IMG/VR virus record: IMGVR_UViG_2802429225_000009 | Location: 1 to 29,934 of that record | DNA: 29,934 nucleotides | From: a virus | Lineage: Duplodnaviria > Heunggongvirae > Uroviricota > Caudoviricetes | Strand: one strand, 5' to 3' | Part shown: positions 5,999-14,249 of the stretch, piece by piece | Position numbering within the stretch: position 1 is the stretch's first letter | Layout: each line of letters opens with the position of its first letter | Position numbers and translations under genes: made by a program | Notes under the pieces: model-generated | The model's input: the letters and a program-made list of their open reading frames with translations, nothing else | The model's database searches: none | Told to the model about the DNA's origin: nothing

Positions 5999-8821
5999 AT
6001 GACGACAGAGTTCATCAGGGACTGGCAACAACCGCGCCACGCAGTAGGGCGTGAAGGAACGGGGATCCCCGCACCTGAATCCGCGCTTTCCTCCTGGCTG
6101 GATGCCTACCGGGCAGAGAACGAGCGCCGCCAGGAAATGGCTGATGCGGCGTTCTCCGCCACGCCGCTGGGCAACCTGATTAATAAAAGCCTGGACGCAC
6201 AGGAAAAACAGGACAAAACCATCACACTGGCAGGAGACGCCAGAAAACAGGCACGCGGCGCGGTGGATGAAGCCATGGCCTCGCTCCGCCTGCTGCCGTC
6301 CTATCTGCGCGATCCGCTTATTCGCCACCTCTCCTTCCTGCGCAAAAAACAGGAAGCTGATCGCCGGAAAGGCAAAAAGAGCTGGCAGGCTGAACGCTAC
6401 GCGCGCGGAACCCTGCGCAAAATATTCGAACGTCTGGATCGCACCGACCACCGCTGGCTGACACCGGGTTATCGCTCCCTTGCCGGACGCGAACACCTGG
6501 ATGATTTGCTTTACCTGCCGCAGCTCAACAAACACCAGATACAGACGCTGGCCGCCATGACGGCGGCGATGTTCAGCAGCACCTTCGAAAAACTCTGCGA
6601 TGGCTTTGGCGCGACCGATGGCGAGCTGACCATGGATGTAACCCTGAAGGCGTATCAGATGCTGGCCCGCATGGCGTTACACCTGCACGCCATGCCTCCA
6701 CATTATGACGCACTGACAACAGACAAAGACCGGAGGAACGAACCGGACACGGAGCTGCTGCCGGGCGCAATCCTTCGCCTGACCTGTGCAGAATGGTGGA
6801 AACGCAAACTGTGGCTGTTACGTTGCGAGTGGCGGGAAGAACAACTCCGCGCCGCCTGTCTGGTTTCCAGAAAAACATCTCCCTATCTGAGCCAGGACGC
6901 GTTAAGCGAGTTTCGCGCACAGCGCGAGAAAACACGCGATTTCCTGAAAAGTTTCATGCTGGAAAACGAAGACGGGTTCACGATTGATCTCGAGACAGTG
7001 TATTACGCGGGAGTAAGTAACCCGGTTCACCGTAAGGCAGAAATGATGGCCACCATGAAGGGGCTGGAGCTTCTGGCCGAAGCCCGTGGCGACAAAGCGG
7101 TGTTTCTGACTGTCACCTGCCCGTCAAAATACCACGCCACAACAGAGAACGGTCATCCGAATCCCAAATGGAACGGGGCCACCATGCGCGACTCCAGCGA
7201 TTACCTGGTTAACACGTTTTTTGCGGCGGTCCGCAAGAAACTGAACCGCGACGGCCTGCGCTGGTATGGCATCCGCACGGTGGAGCCTCACCATGACGGC
7301 ACCGTGCACTGGCATATGATGGTCTTTGCTCATCCGGAAGAAATCGACACCATTGTGTCCCACACCCGCGATATTGCCATTCAGGAAGATCGTCACGAGC
7401 TGGGTGATGATATTACCCCACGCTTTAAGGCGGAGCACGTCGACGGCTCAAAAGGCACACCGACCAGCTACATCGCCACCTACATCGGGAAAAACCTGGA
7501 CAGCCGTGCCGTGGATGGCATCGACCCGAAAACGGGCAAGCCACGCGTTGACCACGAAACAGGTAAATCAATGGCCGAGAGCGTGGAGCGCGCCATCGGC
7601 TGGGCGCGCCTTCACCGGGTCCGCCAGTTCCAGTTCTTTGGCATTCCCTCCCGTCAGGTGTGGCGTGAACTCCGCCGCCTTGCCAGCCAGATGGCACGCA
7701 ACCCGGAAGGCCCGCAACGGCTGAAGGATGACGCAATGGATGCGGTTCTTGCTGCCGCTGATGCCGGGTGTTTTGCCACCTACATTGAAAAACAGGGCGG
7801 CGTACTTGTTCCACGCAAAGACTACCTGATTCGCACCGCCTACGACCTCGCCGATGAGCTGAACGATTACGGCGAACAGAGTGTACAGATTTACGGGATC
7901 TGGTCGCCACTCATCGGGGAATCCTCCCGTGTGTGCACGCATCAGGATAACTGGAAGCTGGTAAGACGCAAACCGGAAGCGAAAGACAGCGCCCGCGAAA
8001 ATGGTTTTGACCTTCAGGGCGGCCCTGCCGCCCCTTGGACTCGTGGCAATAACTGTCCCCGTGTACAGGAAACGGACAACAACGGGACAGAACAGCCGGA
8101 AGAACGGCCAGCACCGTGGCCGCAGCTTCCTGACGGCGTTGAAGTAAATGAATGGATGCGCTCACTGAAACGGCACGAACGCCGGGCGCTGATGCGTTCG
8201 CTTCGTGACAAACAGGCAAAAAACAGCAGCGATGAAATGCAGAACTGGACACAGAGCCGCAAACAGCCACAGCCTTTGCCTGATAACCACGAGTTACTCG
8301 CTAAAGAATGGCGGGAGTCTGCTGAATCTCTCGGCCTGCATATCGGTGAACAGCAGATGCAGCACCTGTTACGGGGCGGCAGCCTGTACGTTGACGGCAG
8401 CATCATTGCACCGCAGGGATTTGAAATTGTACGCAAACCGGATACCCGCCCGGACAGCCGAATCACGCAGCTCTGGCAGCGCCTGAGCCGCAATCACGGC
8501 GTAAGCAGCACGGAGATCCGTCATAACCCGGTCGCCAGCTATCTGGAACAGCTGGGGGCATCAGACCCCGAAGCCGCCGCACGCCTGGCATCCACACTTC
8601 AGCAAGACCAGAACACCATGAAAACACCCGTTACCGTGCTTTCTGACATGCTGCGCGCCATCCGTGACGCAGAGCACGCACAGAGAATCAGTGAAACCAC
8701 TGAACGCGCCCGCCGCAAAGCAAACCTGCTGCGGGGTGGCCTGACCAGTGGAAACAAAAAACAGACAAAAACGGGATTTACAAATCCCGTAAATGAGCAA
8801 AAAACGCGCCGCGATATATGA
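5999..8821 (+). CDS. A: Rolling-circle replication initiator (HUH endonuclease), P2 gpA family
   Basis: 940-aa ORF. HUH-type motif (HHDGTVHWHMMVFAHPEE) and other blocks remembered from P2/186 A proteins. Position after the early genes matches P2. The C-terminal ~180 aa is longer than I recall for P2 A and overlaps the first palindromic site, so the true stop could be earlier if there is a sequencing frameshift. Confidence 0.85.
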   Translation: MTTEFIRDWQQPRHAVGREGTGIPAPESALSSWLDAYRAENERRQEMADAAFSATPLGNLINKSLDAQEKQDKTITLAGDARKQARGAVDEAMASLRLLPSYLRDPLIRHLSFLRKKQEADRRKGKKSWQAERYARGTLRKIFERLDRTDHRWLTPGYRSLAGREHLDDLLYLPQLNKHQIQTLAAMTAAMFSSTFEKLCDGFGATDGELTMDVTLKAYQMLARMALHLHAMPPHYDALTTDKDRRNEPDTELLPGAILRLTCAEWWKRKLWLLRCEWREEQLRAACLVSRKTSPYLSQDALSEFRAQREKTRDFLKSFMLENEDGFTIDLETVYYAGVSNPVHRKAEMMATMKGLELLAEARGDKAVFLTVTCPSKYHATTENGHPNPKWNGATMRDSSDYLVNTFFAAVRKKLNRDGLRWYGIRTVEPHHDGTVHWHMMVFAHPEEIDTIVSHTRDIAIQEDRHELGDDITPRFKAEHVDGSKGTPTSYIATYIGKNLDSRAVDGIDPKTGKPRVDHETGKSMAESVERAIGWARLHRVRQFQFFGIPSRQVWRELRRLASQMARNPEGPQRLKDDAMDAVLAAADAGCFATYIEKQGGVLVPRKDYLIRTAYDLADELNDYGEQSVQIYGIWSPLIGESSRVCTHQDNWKLVRRKPEAKDSARENGFDLQGGPAAPWTRGNNCPRVQETDNNGTEQPEERPAPWPQLPDGVEVNEWMRSLKRHERRALMRSLRDKQAKNSSDEMQNWTQSRKQPQPLPDNHELLAKEWRESAESLGLHIGEQQMQHLLRGGSLYVDGSIIAPQGFEIVRKPDTRPDSRITQLWQRLSRNHGVSSTEIRHNPVASYLEQLGASDPEAAARLASTLQQDQNTMKTPVTVLSDMLRAIRDAEHAQRISETTERARRKANLLRGGLTSGNKKQTKTGFTNPVNEQKTRRDI

Positions 8822-8868
8822 AGCGCGCACAAAACAGGCGAAAGCGGGATTTCAGAATCCCGTAAACG
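8771..8868. promoter_or_regulatory. Twin palindromic sites upstream of parM (candidate parC-like centromere/operator)
   Basis: CGGGATTT-ACA-AATCCCG at 8772-8789 (perfect 8-bp arms) and GGGATTTCAGAATCCC at 8846-8861 (7-bp arms). Both are followed by GTAAA, lie about 75 bp apart, and the second is 37 bp upstream of the parM start. Candidate -10 TAATTA at 8871-8876. Confidence 0.4.
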
Positions 8869-8897
8869 GTTAATTAACCAACATAAGGAAAATCGAC

Positions 8898-9857
8898 ATG
8901 AAAATTTGTATCGACGACGGCTCCACCAACATCAAGCTGGCATGGACTGAGAACGGCGAACGCCGCAACGCCATCAGCCCGAACAGCTTCAAGTCGGAAT
9001 GGTCTGCGCCGTTCGGTGGCACGCAGCCCGCAAACTACATGCTTGATGGCGTGCGCTATGGTTTTGATCCGGTCAGCGATCGCTTTGTCCAGACGACCGA
9101 CACGCAATACCAGTACAGCGATGTGAATGTCATTGCCATTCATCACGCGCTGGTCAAATCAGGTATCACACCACAGGAAGTGGATGTGGTTGTCACCCTG
9201 CCACTGAGCGAGTATTTCGACACAAACGCCCAGCCGGATATGACCAACATCAACCGCAAAAAAGCGAACGTTATGCGCCCGGTGGAGTATCAGAACAGTG
9301 AGGCATTCACTATCCGCAACGTACGGGTTATGCCTGAATCCATTCCGGCTGGCTTTAAGGCACTGGCTGACATGAGTCAGTTTGAATCCCTGCTGATTGT
9401 GGATTTGGGCGGAACCACGCTGGATGTGGCAAAGGTTCAGGGACAACTGGCAGGTATCAGCCAGGTGTTTTGCGATCCACACGTAGGCGTTTCTCTGATG
9501 GCCGATGCCGTGCTGTCGGTGATGGCCACCAACGGTATGCGTACCAGTCACCACATCGCTAATACCATTATCGAACATCGCCACGATGAAGCCTGGCTGC
9601 GCCAGCACATCCACAATAACGCACATTACGCCAGCCTGATGGCAGTTATTCGTGAAAAGGAGGAAACACTGAAACAACGCGTGATCCGCGCGCTGGCGGG
9701 TTTTTCGGGTTACGGGCGGGTGATGGTTGTAGGTGGAGGAGCGGAGATTGTGGCACCCGCTATCCGCGAAGCCTGCGGAGTTAATGCGACTTTCATCGCG
9801 GACGGGGTGCCACAGTTTGCTCTGGTTAATGGGCTGTACGCAATGGACAAGGAGTAA
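8898..9857 (+). CDS. parM: ParM/StbA actin-like segregation ATPase
   Basis: 319 aa. N-terminus MKICIDDGSTNIKLAW...ISPNSFKSEW...QYSDVNVIAIHHALVKSGI tracks remembered R1 ParM (MLVFIDDGSTNIKLQW...ISPNSFKREW...QYSDVNVVAVHHALLTSGL). Actin-fold phosphate motifs (DDGST; DLGGTTLD). AAGGA RBS. Confidence 0.85.
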   Translation: MKICIDDGSTNIKLAWTENGERRNAISPNSFKSEWSAPFGGTQPANYMLDGVRYGFDPVSDRFVQTTDTQYQYSDVNVIAIHHALVKSGITPQEVDVVVTLPLSEYFDTNAQPDMTNINRKKANVMRPVEYQNSEAFTIRNVRVMPESIPAGFKALADMSQFESLLIVDLGGTTLDVAKVQGQLAGISQVFCDPHVGVSLMADAVLSVMATNGMRTSHHIANTIIEHRHDEAWLRQHIHNNAHYASLMAVIREKEETLKQRVIRALAGFSGYGRVMVVGGGAEIVAPAIREACGVNATFIADGVPQFALVNGLYAMDKE

Positions 9858-9860
9858 ATC

Positions 9861-10176
9861 AATGACGACACCAACCAGACGGATAAGTTTCTATCTGAAG
9901 CCCGCCGTCGTCAAGAGCGAACGGGAGGCGTGCAGTTACCTCGACAGCCTGCCAGCCTCCGAACGCAGCCGCGCACAACGCGCGGCTTTTCTGGCTGGAC
10001 TGGCTCTTATAAAACGCACCCCCGCGTTGGCGTATTCGCTGGCAGAATGGTCAGAAGACGAAATACGGATGCCACCGCTACCAGTACAGCCTGAAAAACC
10101 TGCGCAACCAGCAGCAGACAGCGCCTCCCATATGCAGCAGGTGAAAAAGAATATTCAGGCGTTTTTCCCGAAGTGA
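9861..10176 (+). CDS. parR: ParR/StbB ribbon-helix-helix centromere-binding adaptor
   Basis: Start re-set to ATG 9861 (MTTPTRRISFYLKPAVV...YLDSLPASERSRAQRAAFLAGLALI), which resembles remembered R1 ParR (…RRTIAFKLNPDV…TLDSIPQGERSRLNRAALTAGLALY). AAGGAG RBS. Directly downstream of parM. Confidence 0.8.
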
Positions 10177-10190
10177 AAACAGGAGTAACT

Positions 10191-10478
10191 ATGTCCACCA
10201 TTACCAAAGAATGGTTACAACGTAAAATCACAGAGTTTAAATCGTGGCGCGAAGACATCCCGTTCGGTCTTGATGAAGACGATCACAATATGTTAATCGC
10301 ACTGGAAATCGCACTTGCATCACTGGAAGCAGAGCCAGTGGCATGGATGCACGCAAATAATCCTATTGGAATACCGGCGATAACAAGAAGTAAAGATGTT
10401 GCAGACAGCTGGCGCTCTAAGGGATGGAATGTATTGCCTCTTTATTCACTGACCCGCTCCATCAATTTATGCCATTAA
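10191..10478 (+). CDS. Hypothetical protein, first gene of the AT-rich cassette
   Basis: Start re-set to ATG 10191 (MSTITKEWLQRKI...) with AGGAG 7 nt upstream. 95 aa. AT-richness rises sharply from about 10180. Confidence 0.45.
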   Translation: MSTITKEWLQRKITEFKSWREDIPFGLDEDDHNMLIALEIALASLEAEPVAWMHANNPIGIPAITRSKDVADSWRSKGWNVLPLYSLTRSINLCH

Positions 10479-10489
10479 TGGAAGTAATC

Positions 10490-10849
10490 ATGATGAAAGA
10501 TAATTCCGGAAGCCAGCGTGCATCAGTTGCAGTTATGGTAATGATTAAATTTGTGAAACAGTACACCGGAAAGCCAATCTCGCTCCGGCAATTAAGCAAA
10601 GAAACCGTTTCACTGTCATATCTGGAGCAAATATTCAGATATTTACGGGAAAGTAGCCTGGTAAAAGCCACACGCGGCCCGGGTGGTGGATATATCCCAA
10701 CAAAAGAAAATTACAGTGTTGGTGATATTGTCCGGGCAATGAAATGTTCCGGATTATATACACAGCACGTTATTCTGGCTGCACTGGATAATATTTCTTT
10801 AACCAGCCTGCAGGAAGACACAAATTATCAGTTGTCTGCCATTGAATAA
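10490..10849 (+). CDS. Rrf2-family (IscR/NsrR-like) winged-helix regulator, short form
   Basis: Start re-set to ATG 10490. 119 aa. The family signature SLSYLEQIFRYLRESSLVKATRGPGGGYIPTKENYSVGDIVRAM aligns with remembered IscR ([47 protein letters not shown]). The downstream segment has one Cys rather than the three-Cys cluster-ligand set. Confidence 0.7.
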   Translation: MMKDNSGSQRASVAVMVMIKFVKQYTGKPISLRQLSKETVSLSYLEQIFRYLRESSLVKATRGPGGGYIPTKENYSVGDIVRAMKCSGLYTQHVILAALDNISLTSLQEDTNYQLSAIE

Positions 10850-10853
10850 GAAA

Positions 10854-10894
10854 ACCCGGAACGGGTGCGCAAATTCTTTGTGCGCCCGTTCCGG
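10854..10894. terminator. Bidirectional hairpin terminator between the convergent Rrf2-like and ogr-like genes
   Basis: 11 perfect base pairs (CCCGGAACGGG / CCCGTTCCGGG), extendable to about 17 with wobble pairs, around a 7-nt loop (AATTCTT). A-run upstream and T-rich sequence downstream. Sits between the two stop codons. Confidence 0.6.
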
Positions 10895-10917
10895 GTTGGA
10901 CAAGCGAAGCGCGTCAG

Positions 10918-11175
10918 CTATCCGGCCTGCAACAACTCCAGCGCCATCTGTTTTTCTTCCGGGCGCATTCGTTCAATCAACAGCTTTAACACGCCATTCT
11001 CCAGCCCGCTGGGCACCAGTGTGTGCGAGTAGGTCAGGTTCATCACCCAGGTGTGCCCACACTCGAGACGGGTGCAACGGTAATAAACATCTGCAAAGCG
11101 ATCATCTTTCCAGAAGGTCTTCTCAATCACTGCGCGTTCACCACAGCAAAAACATCGCGCTTTTTGTCTGCGCAT
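10918..11175 (-). CDS. Ogr/Delta-family zinc-finger late transcription activator
   Basis: Start re-set to the ATG at 11175 (MRRQKARCFCCGERAV...YYRCTRLECGHTWVMNLTYSHTL...) with GGGAGGTGG RBS. Cys pairs CxxC...CxxxC with spacing like remembered P2 Ogr (…CPLC…QCQNVNCSATF…). 85 aa. Confidence 0.65.
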   Translation of the reverse strand: MRRQKARCFCCGERAVIEKTFWKDDRFADVYYRCTRLECGHTWVMNLTYSHTLVPSGLENGVLKLLIERMRPEEKQMALELLQAG

Positions 11176-11240
11176 TTTCCACCTCCCGGAGCAGCGTTTT
11201 CCTGCTGCTGATTTTACCTGCTCTTTTCGCATGTCGCACA

Positions 11241-12275
11241 TCACTCCGGGGGCTCATCAAATTCAAGAATAAATTTCACCTCCCCCAGTCGCCTGATATC
11301 CGGGTCACTGTTGATTCCCTCCATGATCAGGCGGCGCATCGGAATAACCTCGTCCCTGTAATATGCCTCGCGGGATTTCAGTGGGTCACCAAGCCCGGCC
11401 GTATTTGCGGGAATGATGCCGGCAAGTCCGGGTGGGAAACGGTGCGCAACGAGCTGATCCTGGGCACTGATGGTTTTTATATTCAGGAACTCATCTTTTG
11501 TACCTGAATCCCCGATAGGGATCACCTTAACGCCTTCTTTGTCTCCGCCCGGTATATTGATAAACATGGATTTAAAATTGCCCGCCCCTTTTGACGCCTC
11601 TATCTTTTTACGGAATTCCGCCTCGAGCTCGGGATCCATGTCCGGGTCAGTGGAATACAGGATATAACCAAGATGTGCGCCGTTCTTGTAATACTTGCGG
11701 CGAAAGCGGGTGGCATCCACATTCAGCATGGCGGATTCCATCCCGTGAATATAATCCGGGACACCGTAAACCTGCTGTTGTGGGTCATAAATGGCCACGA
11801 ACACCACTTCGCCTGGCTGATAAACGAGATCTTCCAGTGCTGCCTGCACAATCACCGTGCCCCCCTCGTTGTTACGCCGCAGGTACAGAGAAGGTAACGT
11901 ATGCAGGCGCACCACTCGACCGAAGCCATTGCGCACTTTAAGCAACCCCATATCCCCGAATATCAGCAGATTGGTTACTGCTGCCGCCATGGCGGCGTGT
12001 GTCATACCACCACCACCCCGAAAACCCTGCATGATCATATTGACGCGCGCACGCAATACCGCGCCGTGATACGGTGCGATATTGGACAACATGGCGAGAT
12101 CCATGCGCTCAATTGGCGGCGTGTACCAGCCGTTATAGCCATCCCAGAGCGAGCCGTAATAACAGCCCCATGCAGCGACCGGCTCCGGGTCACCAAATTC
12201 AATAAACGTCATTTTGCTGGCTGTTTTTTTTGCCACGCCATCGTGTAACACGGGGTATTTTTTCTTTTTACTCAT
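11241..12275 (-). CDS. Q: Portal protein, P2 gpQ-like
   Basis: 344 aa, the length I recall for P2 Q. Immediately downstream of, and overlapping, the large terminase gene on the same strand; divergent from the O-N-M-L operon as in P2. Confidence 0.85.
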   Translation of the reverse strand: MSKKKKYPVLHDGVAKKTASKMTFIEFGDPEPVAAWGCYYGSLWDGYNGWYTPPIERMDLAMLSNIAPYHGAVLRARVNMIMQGFRGGGGMTHAAMAAAVTNLLIFGDMGLLKVRNGFGRVVRLHTLPSLYLRRNNEGGTVIVQAALEDLVYQPGEVVFVAIYDPQQQVYGVPDYIHGMESAMLNVDATRFRRKYYKNGAHLGYILYSTDPDMDPELEAEFRKKIEASKGAGNFKSMFINIPGGDKEGVKVIPIGDSGTKDEFLNIKTISAQDQLVAHRFPPGLAGIIPANTAGLGDPLKSREAYYRDEVIPMRRLIMEGINSDPDIRRLGEVKFILEFDEPPE

Positions 12276-14055
12276 CTGACAGGATCCATGTTGATTTGCG
12301 CTTGTGCTTATAGTTCAGGGGTTCATTACTTGCGGCATGAGCTATGGCAAAGAAGATGTCAGCGTGCCCGGTTTCTTCGCTACGTTCGGCGGTAAAAGTA
12401 ACTTTATTGCCACTGTTGGTGGATTCCTGACGAATGGCCAGGAACGATGCCGGAATATCCGTAGCTTCCTCATCCCACTCAATACGGTTGGCGTAAATCA
12501 GATCCAGCATCTTCATCACCAGGCGGTTTTTGGATTCCACGCTGTAATGAATGGCCACTGTTTCACGGCGGGCAAATCCCTGAACCAGCTCAAAGACACC
12601 GTAGCCAAGACCGGTGACGTCAATGCCGATAAACGTCATGTTATAGCGTGCCTTAATGCTGCGGATACGCTCTGCCATAAACTGGAATGACATGCTGCGC
12701 CAGTGGTGTTTTTCCAGCACGCGGAATCGTTCTGCCGCAACCAGCGGCGGTGCCAGCACAACAAATGTGGCGTTATCGCCGGAGCGCGCAGGGTCAAAGC
12801 CGCCCCAAACCTCACGGTTACCAAATGGCATGGGCTCTTCCGGGTGAAAATCCTCCCACGTACTGACATCAACACCACAACGCACAAGATCATCGAATTT
12901 AAAGACGCTCTCTTTGTCATCCACAAACACACACATAAACAGCATATTGAACGCTGTTTCGTTGTATCGCTCGCGCAGTTCGTTGATGTCAGCAAGGTTA
13001 AAGCCGCCGGCAATGGCATCTTCCAGCGTAACCACATAGCGCCACTGACCATCCGGACATTCACGCCCACCATCGCGCAGCTCATCAAAGGACGGAAACT
13101 CAACCCCTTTTCGTTTCGGATCGCCTTTGCGCCATTCATCGCCAGACCAGAACGGGTAACCCTGGTGTGTTTTGGATGACGGCGTGGAGAAATAGGTAAT
13201 GCGCCAGTGTTTATGGGTGGCCATCCCTGATGCCACTTCATTGAGACGGCGAAAACCGGGGATCCACAGGTATTCATCAATATACAGGTGGCCGCTGTTT
13301 GACTGCGCTGTGTTACTGTTGGTCGCCAGAAAATACAGTTCAGCCAGATTACTTAACTTAACCGGATTGCCTTTAATGGGAATGCCAAACTCTGTTTGTG
13401 CAATTTTTACAATATAAGTACGGAACACTTCGGCCTGACGTTTTGATGCCGATAAAAATATCTGTGTGTCGCCGGTTAATACTGCATCTTCAAATGCCTC
13501 AAACGCGAAGTAATACGTCGCCCCAATCTGGCGGGATTTAAGCAGGTTGCGTACACGGCGGAATTTGTTTTCACGCAGATGCAACTGATAAGCAAACAAC
13601 TTTTTCGTAAACGGCTCAAAACTTTCAGCAGTCAGTCCGGAAACGTCATTAGTTTTGCGGGGACGCTCTTTCTTACCTGCACCTTTTTCTCCGCGTTCTT
13701 CTTTTCCATAACGGCCAGGCTGGGGGATGTCCACTCCCATTCGCGCAATCTCAGCCATTCGTTCCGTGTGCTTGTTTCTGACCGACATTAGTTTGACGTG
13801 ATGACCAATCAGGCGGTCGAGTTCATCGTGTTCTTCCGGCGTTTTATGGTCACGCTCCGCCAGTACAGCGAGACGCCGGGCGATAACATCCTCCACACCT
13901 TCCGTATTGAGCTGCGTGTACCACTCAAACTTTGTCGCCCAGTAATAAACAATTCGCGGGCTGTTCAGTCCGAGTTTCTTTTGTATTTCTTTTGGTGTGT
14001 GCCTTTTCAGATAGAGCGATTTTGCAGCAGCAATCACCTCATCAGAATACGCCAT
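12268..14055 (-). CDS. P: Terminase large (ATPase) subunit, P2 gpP-like
   Basis: 595 aa. Walker-type region near the N-terminal third (RQIGATYYFAFEA...) and nuclease-domain acidic residues. Size and position match P2 P. Confidence 0.9.
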   Translation of the reverse strand: MAYSDEVIAAAKSLYLKRHTPKEIQKKLGLNSPRIVYYWATKFEWYTQLNTEGVEDVIARRLAVLAERDHKTPEEHDELDRLIGHHVKLMSVRNKHTERMAEIARMGVDIPQPGRYGKEERGEKGAGKKERPRKTNDVSGLTAESFEPFTKKLFAYQLHLRENKFRRVRNLLKSRQIGATYYFAFEAFEDAVLTGDTQIFLSASKRQAEVFRTYIVKIAQTEFGIPIKGNPVKLSNLAELYFLATNSNTAQSNSGHLYIDEYLWIPGFRRLNEVASGMATHKHWRITYFSTPSSKTHQGYPFWSGDEWRKGDPKRKGVEFPSFDELRDGGRECPDGQWRYVVTLEDAIAGGFNLADINELRERYNETAFNMLFMCVFVDDKESVFKFDDLVRCGVDVSTWEDFHPEEPMPFGNREVWGGFDPARSGDNATFVVLAPPLVAAERFRVLEKHHWRSMSFQFMAERIRSIKARYNMTFIGIDVTGLGYGVFELVQGFARRETVAIHYSVESKNRLVMKMLDLIYANRIEWDEEATDIPASFLAIRQESTNSGNKVTFTAERSEETGHADIFFAIAHAASNEPLNYKHKRKSTWILSDE

Positions 14056-14130
14056 AAATAAACCTCACCTGCTGATGCAATTTTAATTTATGCATTTTCA
14101 GCAAAGGCTTTTTTAAAAACGAATATCGCT

Positions 14131-14176
14131 TTTCGGTATTTTTCGGATATATGCGCATATCCGAAAGTACCGGAAA
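14131..14176. promoter_or_regulatory. Nested palindrome in the divergent late promoter region
   Basis: TTTCGGATAT-ATGCGC-ATATCCGAAA (14141-14166) has perfect 10-bp arms. It is flanked by further half-sites TTTCGG (14131-14136) and CCGGAAA (14170-14176). The centre (~14153.5) falls within 1 bp of the midpoint between the P start (14055) and the O start (14250). Confidence 0.45.
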
Positions 14177-14249
14177 TTAATCAGATGACGACGTTTTCAT
14201 TTCTCCGTTAAATAACGCCAGTTTAATTTTTATCAGCGGATTAATTCAG

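Noticed and set aside
5474-6535. 353-aa minus-strand ORF
   Set aside because: Antisense to the well-supported replication gene A, with no RBS or motif. Long antisense frames are expected by chance in GC-rich coding DNA.
11176-11240. Cohesive-end (cos) site, expected near the portal gene by analogy with P2
   Set aside because: No G-rich cos-like sequence was found by eye here or in 10850-10917. The cos site is probably outside the window or at a different position in this lineage.
10842-11507. 221-aa plus-strand ORF spanning the terminator, the ogr-like gene and the portal 3' end
   Set aside because: It runs through a strong hairpin terminator and is antisense to two well-supported minus-strand genes.
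12636-13280. 214-aa minus-strand ORF (and plus-strand ORFs 12304-12690, 12703-13179) within the large terminase gene
   Set aside because: Alternative-frame or antisense ORFs inside the 595-aa terminase gene, whose own frame has clear ATPase and nuclease features.
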